Position numbers and translations under genes: made by a program
Assembly: GCA_030390025.1 (NCBI GenBank)
Contig: CM059432.1
Span: forward strand, 2,790,001 to 2,854,000
From: Squalus acanthias
Taxonomy: Eukaryota
Reading direction: 5' to 3'
Length of the DNA stretch: 64,000 nt
Notes under the pieces: generated by a model
The model's input: only the letters and a program-made list of their open reading frames with translations
Database searches by the model: none
What the model was told of the DNA's origin: nothing
Part shown: positions 53,564 through 64,000 of the stretch, in pieces
Layout of the letters: each line of letters begins with the position of its first letter
Position numbering within the stretch: position 1 is the stretch's first letter

Positions 53564-55308
53564 CAGTGCTGAGGGAGTGCTGCACTGTCGGAGGGGCAGT
53601 ACTGAGGAAGTGCCGCACTGTCGGAGGGGCAGTACTGAGGGAGCGCCGCACTGTCGGAGGGGCAGTACTGATGGAGCGCCGCACTGTCGGAGGGGCAGTA
53701 CTGATGGAGCGCTGCACTGTCGGAGGGGCAGTACTGATGGAGCGCCGCACTGTCGGAGGGGCAGTACTGATGGAGCGCCGCACTGTCGGAGGGGCAGTAC
53801 TGAGTGAGCGCCGCACTGTCGGAGGGGCAGTACTGAGGGAGCGCCACACTGTCGGAGGGGGCAGTACTGAGGGAGTGCTCCACTGTCGGAGGGACAGTAC
53901 TGAAGGAGTGCTCCACTGTCGGAGGGGCAGTACTGAGGGAGCGCCGCACTGTCGGAGGGGCAGTACTGAGGGAGTGCTCCACTGTCGGAGGGACAGTACT
54001 GAAGGAGTGCTCCACTGTCGGAGGGGCAGTACTGAGGGAGCGCCGCACTGTCGGAGGGGCAGTACTGATGGAGCGCCGCACTGTCGGAGGGGCAGTACTG
54101 AGTGAGCGCCGCACTGTCGGAGGGGCAGTACTGAGGGAGCGCCACACTGTCGGAGGGGGCAGTACTGAGGGAGTGCTCCACTGTCGGAGGGACAGTACTG
54201 AAGGAGTGCTCCACTGTCGGAGGGGCAGTACTGAGGGAGCGCCGCACTGTCGGAGGGGCAGTACTGAGGGAATGCTCCACTGTCGGAGGGACAGTACTGA
54301 AGGAGTGCTCCACTGTCGGAGGGGCAGTACTGAGGGAGCGCCGCACTGTCGGAGGGGCAGTACTGATGGAGCGCCGCACTGTCGGAGGGGCAGTACTGAT
54401 GGAGCGCCGCACTGTCGGAGGGGCAGTACTGAGTGAGCGCCGCACTGTCGGAGGGGCAGTACTGAGGAAGAGCCACACTGTCGGAGGGGCAGTACTGAAG
54501 GAGCGCCGCACTGTCGGAGGGGCAGTACTGAGGGAGCGCCACACTGTCGGAGGGGCAGTACTGAGGCTGCGCTGCACTGTCGGAGGGGCAGTATTGAGGG
54601 AGCACTGCACTGTCGGAGGGGCAGTACTGAGGCAGCGCTGCACTGTCGGAGGGGCAGTACTGAGGGAGCGCTGCACTGTCGGAGGGGCAGTACTGAGGGA
54701 GCGCAGCACTGTCGGAGGGGCAGTACTGATGGAGCGCCGCACTGTCGGAGGGGCAGTACTGATGGAGCGCCGCACTGTCGGAGGGGCAGTACTGATGGAG
54801 CGCCGCACTGTCGGAGGGGCAGTACTGAGTGAGCGCCGCACTGTCGGAGGGGCAGTACTGAGGGAGCGCCACACTGTCGGAGGGGGCAGTACTGAGGGAG
54901 TGCTCCACTGTCGGAGGGACAGTACTGAAGGAGTGCTCCACTGTCGGAGGGGCAGTACTGAGGGAGCGCCGCACTGTCGGAGGGGCAGTACTGAGGGAGT
55001 GCTCCACTGTCGGAGGGACAGTACTGAAGGAGCGCTGCACTGTCGGAGGGGCAGTACTGAGGGAGCGCCGCACTGTCGGAGGGGCAATGCTGAGGGAGCG
55101 CTGCACTGTCGGAGGGGCAGTACTGAGGCAGCGCTGCACTGTTGGAGGGGCAGTACTGAGGGCACTGTCGGAGGGGCAGTACTGAGGGAGCGCCGCACTG
55201 TCGGAGGGGCGGTCCTGAGGGAGCGCAGCACTGTCGGAGGGGCAGTACTGAGGGAGCGCAGCACTGTCGGAGGGGCAGTACTGAGGGAGTGCTGCACTGT
55301 CGGAGGGG
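53564..55308 (+). repeat. 33-bp minisatellite, about 53 units, with higher-order blocks
   Basis: Same unit as 12470-13452 and 15598-16125. Confidence 0.95.
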
Positions 55309-55472
55309 CCGTTAAACGAGGGCCCCGTCTGCCCTCTCAGTTAGACCCAAAAGATCCCTCGGCCACTATTTCAAAGAAGAGCAGGCGAGTTCTCCTCGGT
55401 GTCCTGGGGCCAATATTTATCCCTCGATCAACATCAATAAAACAGATGATCTGGCCATTATCACATTGTTGT

Positions 55473-55578
55473 CATGATGCGGAGATGCCGGTGTTGGACT
55501 GGGGTGGACAAAAATGAGAAGTCGCACAACACCAAACTGTTGGACTATAACCTGGTGTTGTGCGACTTCTCATTTTTA
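55473..55578. mobile_element. Short Penelope-like fold-back insertion, same family as 4347-4565
   Basis: aaaaatgagaagtcgcacaacacca / tggtgttgtgcgacttctcattttt inverted arms; atcacattgttgt duplicated at 55460-55472 and 55579-55591. Confidence 0.8.
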
Positions 55579-56196
55579 ATCACATTGTTGTTTGTGGGAG
55601 CTTGCTGTGCGCAAATTGGCTGCCGCGTTTCCTACATTACAACAGTGACTACACTTTATTGGCTATGAAGCACATTGGGATGGCCTGAGGTCGTGAAAGG
55701 TGCTATATAAATGCAAGTCTTTCTTTACCTTTTTGTCTGAGATAAGAAAATGGGTCTGCAATGTTTGGGAATAGCGCTCGGGGTCTCATATTTATAACAG
55801 TGCTGTGCAGTCGATATAAATCACTGGCAGTACCACCCAGACATACGGTATAAAAATCATAGAATCTCAGAATCACACAGCACAGGAGGAGGCCAATCGG
55901 CACATCGAGCCTGTGCCGGCTCTTTGAAAGAGCTCTCCAATTAGTCCCACTCCCCCTGCTCTTTCCCCACAGTCCTGCAAATTTCTCCTTCTCAAGTATT
56001 TATCCAATTCCCCTTTTGAAAGTTACTATTGAATCTGCTTCCACCGCCCTTTCAGGCAGCGCAGTTCCAGATCACAACAACTCGCTGAGTAAAAAAAACA
56101 TCTCCGCCTCTCCCCTCTGGTTCTTTTACCAATGACCTTAAATCTGTGTCCCTGCTACCGGTGGAAACAGTTTCTCCTTATTTATTCTACCAAAAG

Positions 56197-56952
56197 TAAG
56201 GTGACCGTACGTCCCCGTTTTCTGGGGATACAGCCCCCGAATGAGGGACCGTGTCCCCGGGCAAGCAACGCCCCCGGTTCAGGAAACTCACCCCCGAATA
56301 TGCACGGGTTCAAATCAGGAGCCACGTGACCCCGAGCTGCCCTGCGGTCGGTCAATAAATGCGACGGGGCGGGTTCCGATTGGTGGGAGGGACGGACGCC
56401 AATCTCCTGTTTTCAACCAGTAGAAGTCACCGAGGGACTACAATTTACGCAGAGATCGTGCTCTGTGGCCGCAGTACGCGTCCCCAGAGCACCCCCCTCC
56501 CAGCCGCCCACACGAGTCCCCGGATAGTCCTGCGAAACTCGGTTGAAGAGAAAGTGGCCCTGGAGCTAATATGTCCAAGTAACCGGGCGGGGGTGGGGGG
56601 GGGGCCGCCGGTAACCGGACTGATGAGTGGTGGCTGGAGGCTGGAGCCCGGGCCGCGGGGACATCCCGGGAGCTGGGTCAGAGCGCGCTCGGCAATCCTC
56701 GGATGGTGTGGGGTGAGTGTCGGGCTGCGCGGAGGCGGGAGGAACCGGTGACTGCGGCAGACGCGGTGAACGGCGGCTGCATTATTCAGGCGGAAAGTTC
56801 TGCCGCTGCTTTTTTGCAGATTCAGTCTGCATCAAAATAACAAAATATTTCGCCCGGCTGCGCTGCGCAACCTTCATTTTCCGTCCTGGCTATCTTGGTG
56901 TTCTCCCACCCCGTGTGTCCCTGGATTCGGTTCAGAAAATATGGTCACTCTA
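56197..56952. mobile_element. GC-rich non-autonomous hAT (Blackjack-like termini) inserted in a minus-strand CR1 fragment (about 55855-57490)
   Basis: taaggtgaccgta ... tatggtcactcta; degenerate 8-bp TSD accaaaag / atcaaaac. Confidence 0.7.
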
Positions 56953-57125
56953 ATCAAAACCCCTCATGGTTTTGAACACCTCTATCAAATCTCCTCTCAA
57001 CCTTCGCTGCTCCAAGGAGAACAACCCCAGCTTCTCCAGTCTCTCCACATAATTGAAGTCCCTCATCCCTGGTACCATTCTAGTAAATCTCCTCTGCACC
57101 CTCTCCAAGGGCCTGGACATCCTTC

Positions 57126-57432
57126 ACAGAATCCCCACAGTGCAGATAGAGGCCATTTCGGCCCATCGAGCCTGCACCGACACATATCCCACCCTATCCC
57201 CGTAACCCCACCTATTTAATCCCCCCTAACACTAAGGGTCAATTTATCATAGCCAAATCAACCTAAACCGCACATCTTTGGACTGTGGGAGGAAACCGGA
57301 GCACCCGGAGGAAACCCACGCAGACACGGGGAGAATGTGCAAACTCCACACAGACAGTCACCCGAGGCCGGATTCGAACCCGGGTCCCTGGCGCTGTGAG
57401 GCAACAGTGCTAACCACTATGCCACCGTGTTG
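57126..57432 (-). mobile_element. Full-length HE1-like V-SINE
   Basis: Near-identical to 31253-31561; tccttc duplicated at 57120-57125 and 57433-57438. Confidence 0.9.
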
Positions 57433-57867
57433 TCCTTCTTAAAGTGCGGTGCCCAGAATTGGTGGGGCCTAACCAGTGATTTATAAAAGTTTGGCAAAAT
57501 ATAAAAGTTTGGCAAAACTCATGTCTCTAGCCCAGTTACTGGATTTCATTTGAGGAAACATCACTCTAAAGAAGCCTTCTTTATACCGCCCAGCAATGTA
57601 AAACCAGCAATTGAGGAATTATTCCAAATACTGAGAGAGGAAAGGCTGTATTAAAATCATGCTGTATTAAATGCGAAGGGAAAGGGGTGACATTTATGCA
57701 AAATGATAAACGAGTGCAAAATTATGCACATTTATGCACCTCCTGTTTTGCATCACCAACTGTCTAAGCATTCTCGTGTGATGCCAACCATTTTTAAGTA
57801 AGAAGGCAAAAGGCATTAAAAATGACTGCAGAGTGTGGATAGGATCTCTCGCTGGTAGGTGTTTATA

Positions 57868-58318
57868 TAACTTGTATTTATATAGCGCCTTTAACACAGT
57901 AAAATGTCCCAAGGAGCTTCTCGGGAGCGATTATAAAGCAAAATTTGACACCGAGCCACACAAGGAGAAATTAGGGCAGATGTTAAAATAGGAGGTTTTA
58001 AGGAGTGTTATAAAGGAGGAAAGAGAGGGAGAGAGGGAATTCCCGAGCTCGGGGCCCCAGCAGCTGAAGGCACGGCCGCCAGTGGTGGAGCGATGGAAAT
58101 CGAGGATGCTCAAGAGGCCAGAATTGGAGGAGGGCAGATATCTCGGGGGGGGGGGGGGGGAGGTTGTGGGGCTGGAGAAGGTTACAGAGATAGGGAGGGG
58201 GCGAGGGCCATGGAGGGATTTGAAAACAAGGATGAGAATTTTGAAATCGAGGCGCTGCTTAACTGGGAGCCAATGTGGGTCAGCGAGCACAGGGGGTGAT
58301 GGGCGAACGGGACTTGGA
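57868..58318 (-). mobile_element. L2 3' fragment
   Basis: HWLPVKQRLDFKILILVFKSLHG. Confidence 0.85.
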
Positions 58319-58879
58319 CATGAATAATACCTAAAACCTAAATTACTTTACAGATACCACAATTCACCCACAGTCAATTACGATCCTGCACAACCAGATG
58401 TAAAGCCATGTATTCATTTATTTTTTTATTATTTAGGTTTTAAAGTATAACTGTTACATTATTTTTTTAACAATGTAACATTTTCTACCACTCTATCCCG
58501 AAAGAGCTTCCCCCTAAAGGCTGAGGGGGCGACCTGATAGAGGTCTTCAAAATTATGAAGGGGTTTGATAGGGTAGACGTAGAGAGGATGCTTCCACTTG
58601 TGGGGGAGACCAGAACCAAGGGCCATAAATATAAGACAGTCACTAATAAATCCAACATGGAATTCAGGAGAAACTTCTTTACCCAGAGAGTGGTGAGAAT
58701 GTGGAACTCGCTACCACAGGGAGTTGTTGAGGCGAATAGTAAAGATACATTTAAGGGGAAGCTGGATAAACACATGAGGGAGAAAGAAATCGAAGGATAT
58801 GCTGATAGTTGAAGTCTTTCCCCACAGAGCAAGAGGTAGAACATATTTAAAAGGGGAGAGAGTCACTTTGGAAAAAAGA

Positions 58880-59335
58880 GAGAAGACTTGCATTTATATA
58901 GCGCCTTTCACAATGTCATGATGTCCCAAAGCACTTTACATTTGGAGTGTAGTCACTGTTGTAATGCAGGAAACGCGGCAGCCAATTTGCGCACAGCAAG
59001 CTCCCGCAAACAGCAATGTGATAATGACCAGATAATCTGTTTTTTTAGTGATGTTGATTGAGGGATAAATATTGGCCCAGGACACCAGGGATAACTCACC
59101 TGCTCTTCTTCGAAATAGTGGCCATGGGATTTTTTACGTCCACCTGAGGGGGCAGACGGGGCTTCGGTTTAACATCTCATCCAAAAGACGGCACCTCCGA
59201 CAGTGCAGCACTCCATCAGCACTGCACTGGAGTGTCAGCCTAGAGTTTTGTGCTCAAGTCTCTGGCGTGGGACTTGAACCCACAACCTTCTGACTCAGAG
59301 GCGAGGGTGCTGACCACTGAGCCACGGCTGACACC
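58880..59335 (-). mobile_element. Full-length, unexpanded DeuSINE
   Basis: Reverse match to 22396-22866. Confidence 0.88.
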
Positions 59336-59519
59336 ATATTGGCTGACCATATAGCAGCAGGTCTTCTGTCTACACTCAGCTGTGGCATAGGATGATATCG
59401 AAAACCTGTGAAAAAAATGACCTTCTTTAAACTTCACATTAATTAGGTATTAATCCGTGGCAAACTCCATCTTGAAATCTACAATGTAAATCTAACTGGA
59501 CTATAAACTCCATATTTAC

Positions 59520-60415
59520 AGTCTGGATCTCCTGGCCAGCCTCTCATCTGCCACCCTCCATAAACTTAAACTCACCCAAAACTCTGCCGCCCCATATCCT
59601 AACTCGCACCAAGTCCCGTTCACCCATCACCCCCTGTGCTTGCTGACAGGGTACATGCTGAGAGGAGGTTTCCCCTCATGGGGGAATCTAGAACCAGGGG
59701 TCATAGTCTCAGGATAAGGGGTCGTCCATTTAAGACGGAAATGAGGAGGAATTTCTTCTCTCAGAGGGTCGTGAATCTTTGGAATTCTCTTCCCCAGAGA
59801 GCTGTGGAGGCTGAGTCAGTGAATATATTCAAGGCGGAGATAGACAGATATTTGAGCTACAGGGGAGTCGAGGGTTATAGGGAACTGGCAGGAAAGTGGC
59901 ATTGAGGCCAAGATCAGATCAGCCATGATCTTATTGAATGGCGGAACAGGTTTGAGGGGTCGACTGGTCTACTCCCGCTCCTATTTCTTATGTTCTACAG
60001 TGCTTCAAGTCTGGCAATGCCTCGATTTTAAAATTCTCATCCTTGTTTTCAAATCCCTCCACGCCTCCTCCCTATCTCTGTAATCTCCTCCAGCCCCACA
60101 ACCCTCCGAGATCTCTGCGCTCCTCCAATTCTGGCCTCTTGCGCATCCCCCGATTTTAATCTCTCCACCATTGGTGGCCGTGCCTTCAGCTGCCTGGGCC
60201 CTAAGCTCTGGAATTCCCTCCCTAACCCTCTCTGCCTCTCTCTCTTCCTTTAAGACGCTCCTTAAAACCTCCCTCTTTGACCAAGCTTTTGGTCGCCTGC
60301 CCTAATATCTCCTTATGTGGCTCGGTGTCAAATTTTGTTTGATAATCGCTCCTGTGAAGCGCCTTGGGCCGTTTTACTACGTTAAAGGTGCTGTATAAAT
60401 GCGAGTTGTTGTTGG
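59520..60415 (+). mobile_element. L2 3' fragment interrupted by a CR1 tail (59643-59995)
   Basis: L2 PITPVLAD, then CR1, then LQ-W..DFKIL; L2 tail ends in gttgttg. Confidence 0.8.
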
Positions 60416-60571
60416 TTATAAACTCCATGATAAGGATAAGGAAATGGGCCTGGGCATCACAATTTCATTCTAAGAGTGACATGGCTCGCTCCAAGACACA
60501 CTTGATGACAATGCCGGAGACACAAATATATGGCACCTTATATTATGTTTTTCCACGCAGTAACTCATTTA

Positions 60572-60778
<207 letters not shown>

Positions 60779-61335
60779 TCAAACCCACCTGGCTCGGTTA
60801 CAACTGCAAATTCAAAGCAAAGTATTCGAAAGCGGGATTACCCCAACACTAAAAAAAGAAGCACTTAAACAAAAGCACAGGCTATACTCACCAGGAAACT
60901 CAAACGTTTACTCAAAAGCTCTGTCTCCTTCACTATCATTTTTTTAACGTTAAAACTTAAGTTTTTTTTTAAAGTACTACTAAAGCCATCAACAGGTTTC
61001 CTGCCTTGGAAACTTTTGCAAATAGCAAACTGGAGCAGATTTACTGCTAAGAACCCTACAAGGCTACAGGCCAAGAGCTGGAAAGTGGGATTAGGCCGGA
61101 TGGCTCTTTTTCGGCCGGCACAGACACGATGGGCCGAATGGTCTCCTTCTGTGCCGTAATAAACAGACCTGCAATAAAGAGTAAGAGCGAGGAACAGAAA
61201 TACACGTGCTCAAAGTGAAGTCAGCTCTCAAATCATATCTCAGCCACTTTCTGGACAGATACAAGTACCTTTTTATCATCATTTTTGGAGAAATAGGAGT
61301 CATTTGTAACAATATCCAATAAACATTAATAAAAG

Positions 61336-61790
61336 TACTTGCATTTCTATAGCGCCTTTCATGACCACCGGACGTCCCAAAGCGCTTTACAGCCAATGAA
61401 GTACTTTTTGAAGTGTAGTCACTGTTGTAATGTAGGAAACGCAGCAGCCAATTTACACACAGCAAGCTCCCACAAACAGCAATGTGATAATGACCAGATA
61501 ATCTTTTTTTTAGTGATGTTGATTGAGGGATAAATATTGGCCCCAGGACACCGGAGAGAACTCCCCAGCTCTTCTTAGAAATAGTGGCCGTGGGATCTTT
61601 TACGTCCACCTGAGGGGGCAGACGGGGCCTCGGTTTAACGTTTCATCCGAAAGACGGCACCTCCGACAGCGCGGCGCTCCCTCAGCACTGGAACTGGGAG
61701 TGTCAGCCTAGATTTCTGTGCTCAAGTCTCTGGAGTGGGAACCTTCTGACTCTAGAGGCGAGAGTGCTGCCCACTGAGCCACGGGTGACA
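61336..61790 (-). mobile_element. DeuSINE, unexpanded
   Basis: Reverse match to the reference copy. Confidence 0.88.
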
Positions 61791-62539
61791 TAAAGCATAA
61801 ACGATTATCCTTAAACAGCAATTCATGGCAAGGCCCATTGATGGTTCCAGTCGCGAATAGGTTTGGAAACAAGCTAGAAACCGCCGACAGAAAAAGAAAG
61901 TTGAAAATTGCAGCCACTCCCATTGAAACTACAGCAATGTAATGTTTATTGACGCATGAACGGACATTTTAGGACAATGTCCAGCTAGCCAGTATCCGAC
62001 TGGATGGATAGAGCGCGACAGACAGGATACACTCATCAATTCCCTTCAGTTTCTCATTGAATAGGGAGATCAGTAGATAAGAGATGCAGCATTCAGAAGA
62101 CTAAGATAAAATGACCTGATATTTTAAATCACCGTAAGCAACATTTGGCATTACCACGGGCTACACCGACCAACGCCCCGACAGGCACCGCTTCCTAATC
62201 TTTGCAGGCAGGGTGAAAATAACCCTCGCAGCTAAAATGTAACCAGCCCAAAGTGATCTCTGCTGCTCCTGTGATTAGAGCTGGAAAATATCAGCATTCG
62301 GAAAGCCAGCACGGCCGCAACATGTCCGTGCCCTTTCAGAAACCCCACGAGTAAATTATCTGCCAGGTGTGTTTCTGGGCGTCAGCGACGTTGAGCGGCA
62401 CGGACTGGCAGACGTGTCTGCATCGCGCCGGGCGGAACCTAGTCGATGCGCAGAGTGAGGGAGTGCAGCGAGCGAGCACACCGTCACAATGCGGAAGGCG
62501 GCCATTTTCTCTCCGGTTGATGGTACTAAGAACTTCGGT

Positions 62540-63040
62540 GGGGAACGGCAGCGTAGTGGTTACGTTACTGGACCAGTAATCCAGAGGCCTGGACTAATGA
62601 TCCAGTAGACGTGAGTTCAAATCCCACCACGGCAGCTGGGGAATTTAAATTCAGTTAATTAAATAAATCTGGAATAAAAAGCTAGTATCGGTAATGGTGA
62701 CCATGAAACTACCGGATTGTTGTAAAAACCCATCTGGTTCACTAATGCCCTTTAGGGAAAGAAATCTACTGTCCTTACCCGGTCTGGCCTATATGTGACT
62801 CCAGACCCACAGCAATGTGGTTGACTCTTAACCGCCCTCTGAAATGGCCCAGCGAGCCACTCAGTTTGTACCAAACCGCTACAAAGAAGTATACGCACTG
62901 TGGGAGAACCTTCACCACACGGACTGCAGCAGTTCAAGACGGCGGCTCACCACCACCTTCTCGAGGGCAATGAGGGATGGGCAATAAATGCCGGCCTTGC
63001 CGCCGACGCCCACATCCCATGAACGGATATTAAAAAAAAA
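62540..63040 (+). mobile_element. tRNA-Thr-like SINE with a second-group CR1 tail
   Basis: A box gcgtagtgg, B box gttcaaatcc, body, then caccacacggactgcagc...gggcaataaatg...A tail. Confidence 0.82.
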
Positions 63041-63156
63041 TCTTCCTGCTGTGTACAGGTAAAAAGGTTGTGGATTAACAGCATTGCCAGGTGTGTTGGT
63101 GGCAAACATGATTCCCTGTAAGATGTGTTTGCAATCTCAGACTCTAATCTTAAGAG

Positions 63157-63545
63157 AAAAGAAAAGAAAGACTTGCATTTCTATAGCGCCTTTCACGACC
63201 ACCAGACGTCTCAAAGCGCTTTACAGCCAATGAAGTACGTTTTGAAGTGTAATCACTGTCGTAATGTAGGAAACCCGGCAGCCAATTTGCGCACAGCAAG
63301 CTCCCACAAACAGCAATGTGATAGTGATCAGATCATTTTTTTTTTAAAGTGATGTTGATTGAGGGATAAATATTGGCCCCAGGACACCGGGGAGAACTCC
63401 CCCCCACCCTTCTTCTTAATAGTGGCTGTGGGATCTTTTACGTCCACCTGAGAGAGCAGACGGGGCCTCAGTTTAACGTCTCATCTGAAAGACGGCACCT
63501 CTGACACTGCGGCACTCCCTCAGCACTGCACTGGGAGTGTCGGCC
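63157..63545 (-). mobile_element. DeuSINE, 5'-truncated
   Basis: Reverse match to the reference copy. Confidence 0.85.
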
Positions 63546-64000
63546 GAGATGATGTTGACCAGCAGTTTGGCTCAGTGGCGTGACTCGGAGGTGAAGGAAA
63601 GGTTTAATAACTCCTTTTGGACATTTCTGAGTTTAAACTGCAAAGACGGCAATACGTGGCTTCGATACCAGCAATTGATAAGGCATAAAAAAAAAGGCAA
63701 AATTTCCACAGGAACAACTGCTGAGGCAGTTAGAAAATTCAGGACACGTTGGAGACACCCTGGGCCTTGAGAGAGTCTGCACTCAGATAAGGGGGGGGCC
63801 TACACATTCCAATCGTCCATAAAACCAGGAGAGATAATTGCAGCTGGTTTTAACATCATGGAGAAGCTGAGTGCAAATTGACAAATCTCCATCACTGAGG
63901 CCCGTTAATGATTGAGGCCAAGCGACAGGGGTGTGGATCAGACAAAATATGACTCTCCCCCCCCCCCCCCTAACCTTTACTCATGCCCCCAACTAGCAAG

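Larger units (their letters stand above)
53458..55725 (+). mobile_element. DeuSINE carrying the largest 33-bp array and a Penelope-like insert
   Basis: Head 53458-53563; body resumes at 55310; tail aaggtgctatataaatgcaagtc. Confidence 0.88.

Noticed and set aside
53564..55308. CRISPR-like appearance of the 33-bp arrays (also 12470-13452 and 15598-16125)
   Set aside because: The variable part is only about 10 nt and consists of point variants of one sequence, not unique spacers. The arrays lie inside SINEs in vertebrate DNA and there are no cas genes.
53221..55517. Long ORFs of 308-586 aa (STAPPTVRRSL / CRRGSTEGAPH repeats), and similar ORFs at 12445-13428 and 15485-16273
   Set aside because: Artefact of a 33-bp unit that lacks stop codons in several frames on both strands; no splice or domain evidence.
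56241..56953. GC-rich segment as an alternative KCTD1 promoter or coding exon
   Set aside because: Bounded by TIRs and a TSD inside a CR1 fragment, so best explained as a transposon; the ORFs are unrecognisable.

Overview
Eukaryotic, repeat-dense window, almost certainly from a cartilaginous fish (shark or ray), judged from HE1-like V-SINEs, HER1/CR1 LINEs and SacSINE1-like DeuSINEs. The only recognisable protein-coding gene is KCTD1 on the minus strand. Its four coding exons (60573-60751, 52561-52705, 41222-41527, 34773-34931) have canonical GT-AG junctions and give a complete 257-aa protein from the ATG at 60736; the first exon lies outside the window. Most of the remaining sequence is nested retroelement debris (two CR1-type LINE groups, L2, Penelope-like elements, three tRNA-derived SINE families) plus several non-autonomous DNA transposons. 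The most unusual structures are: (i) three DeuSINE copies that each carry a 33-bp tandem array amplified from the same internal hairpin segment, one with higher-order structure; (ii) Penelope-derived fold-back insertions with minimal hammerhead ribozyme motifs and clean target-site duplications; (iii) a chimeric HE1 SINE that lost its own LINE-derived stem-loop and carries a different LINE tail. There is no CRISPR or prokaryotic system. Exon, TIR and TSD coordinates were counted from the sequence; other repeat boundaries are approximate, and family names come from recall rather than a database search.
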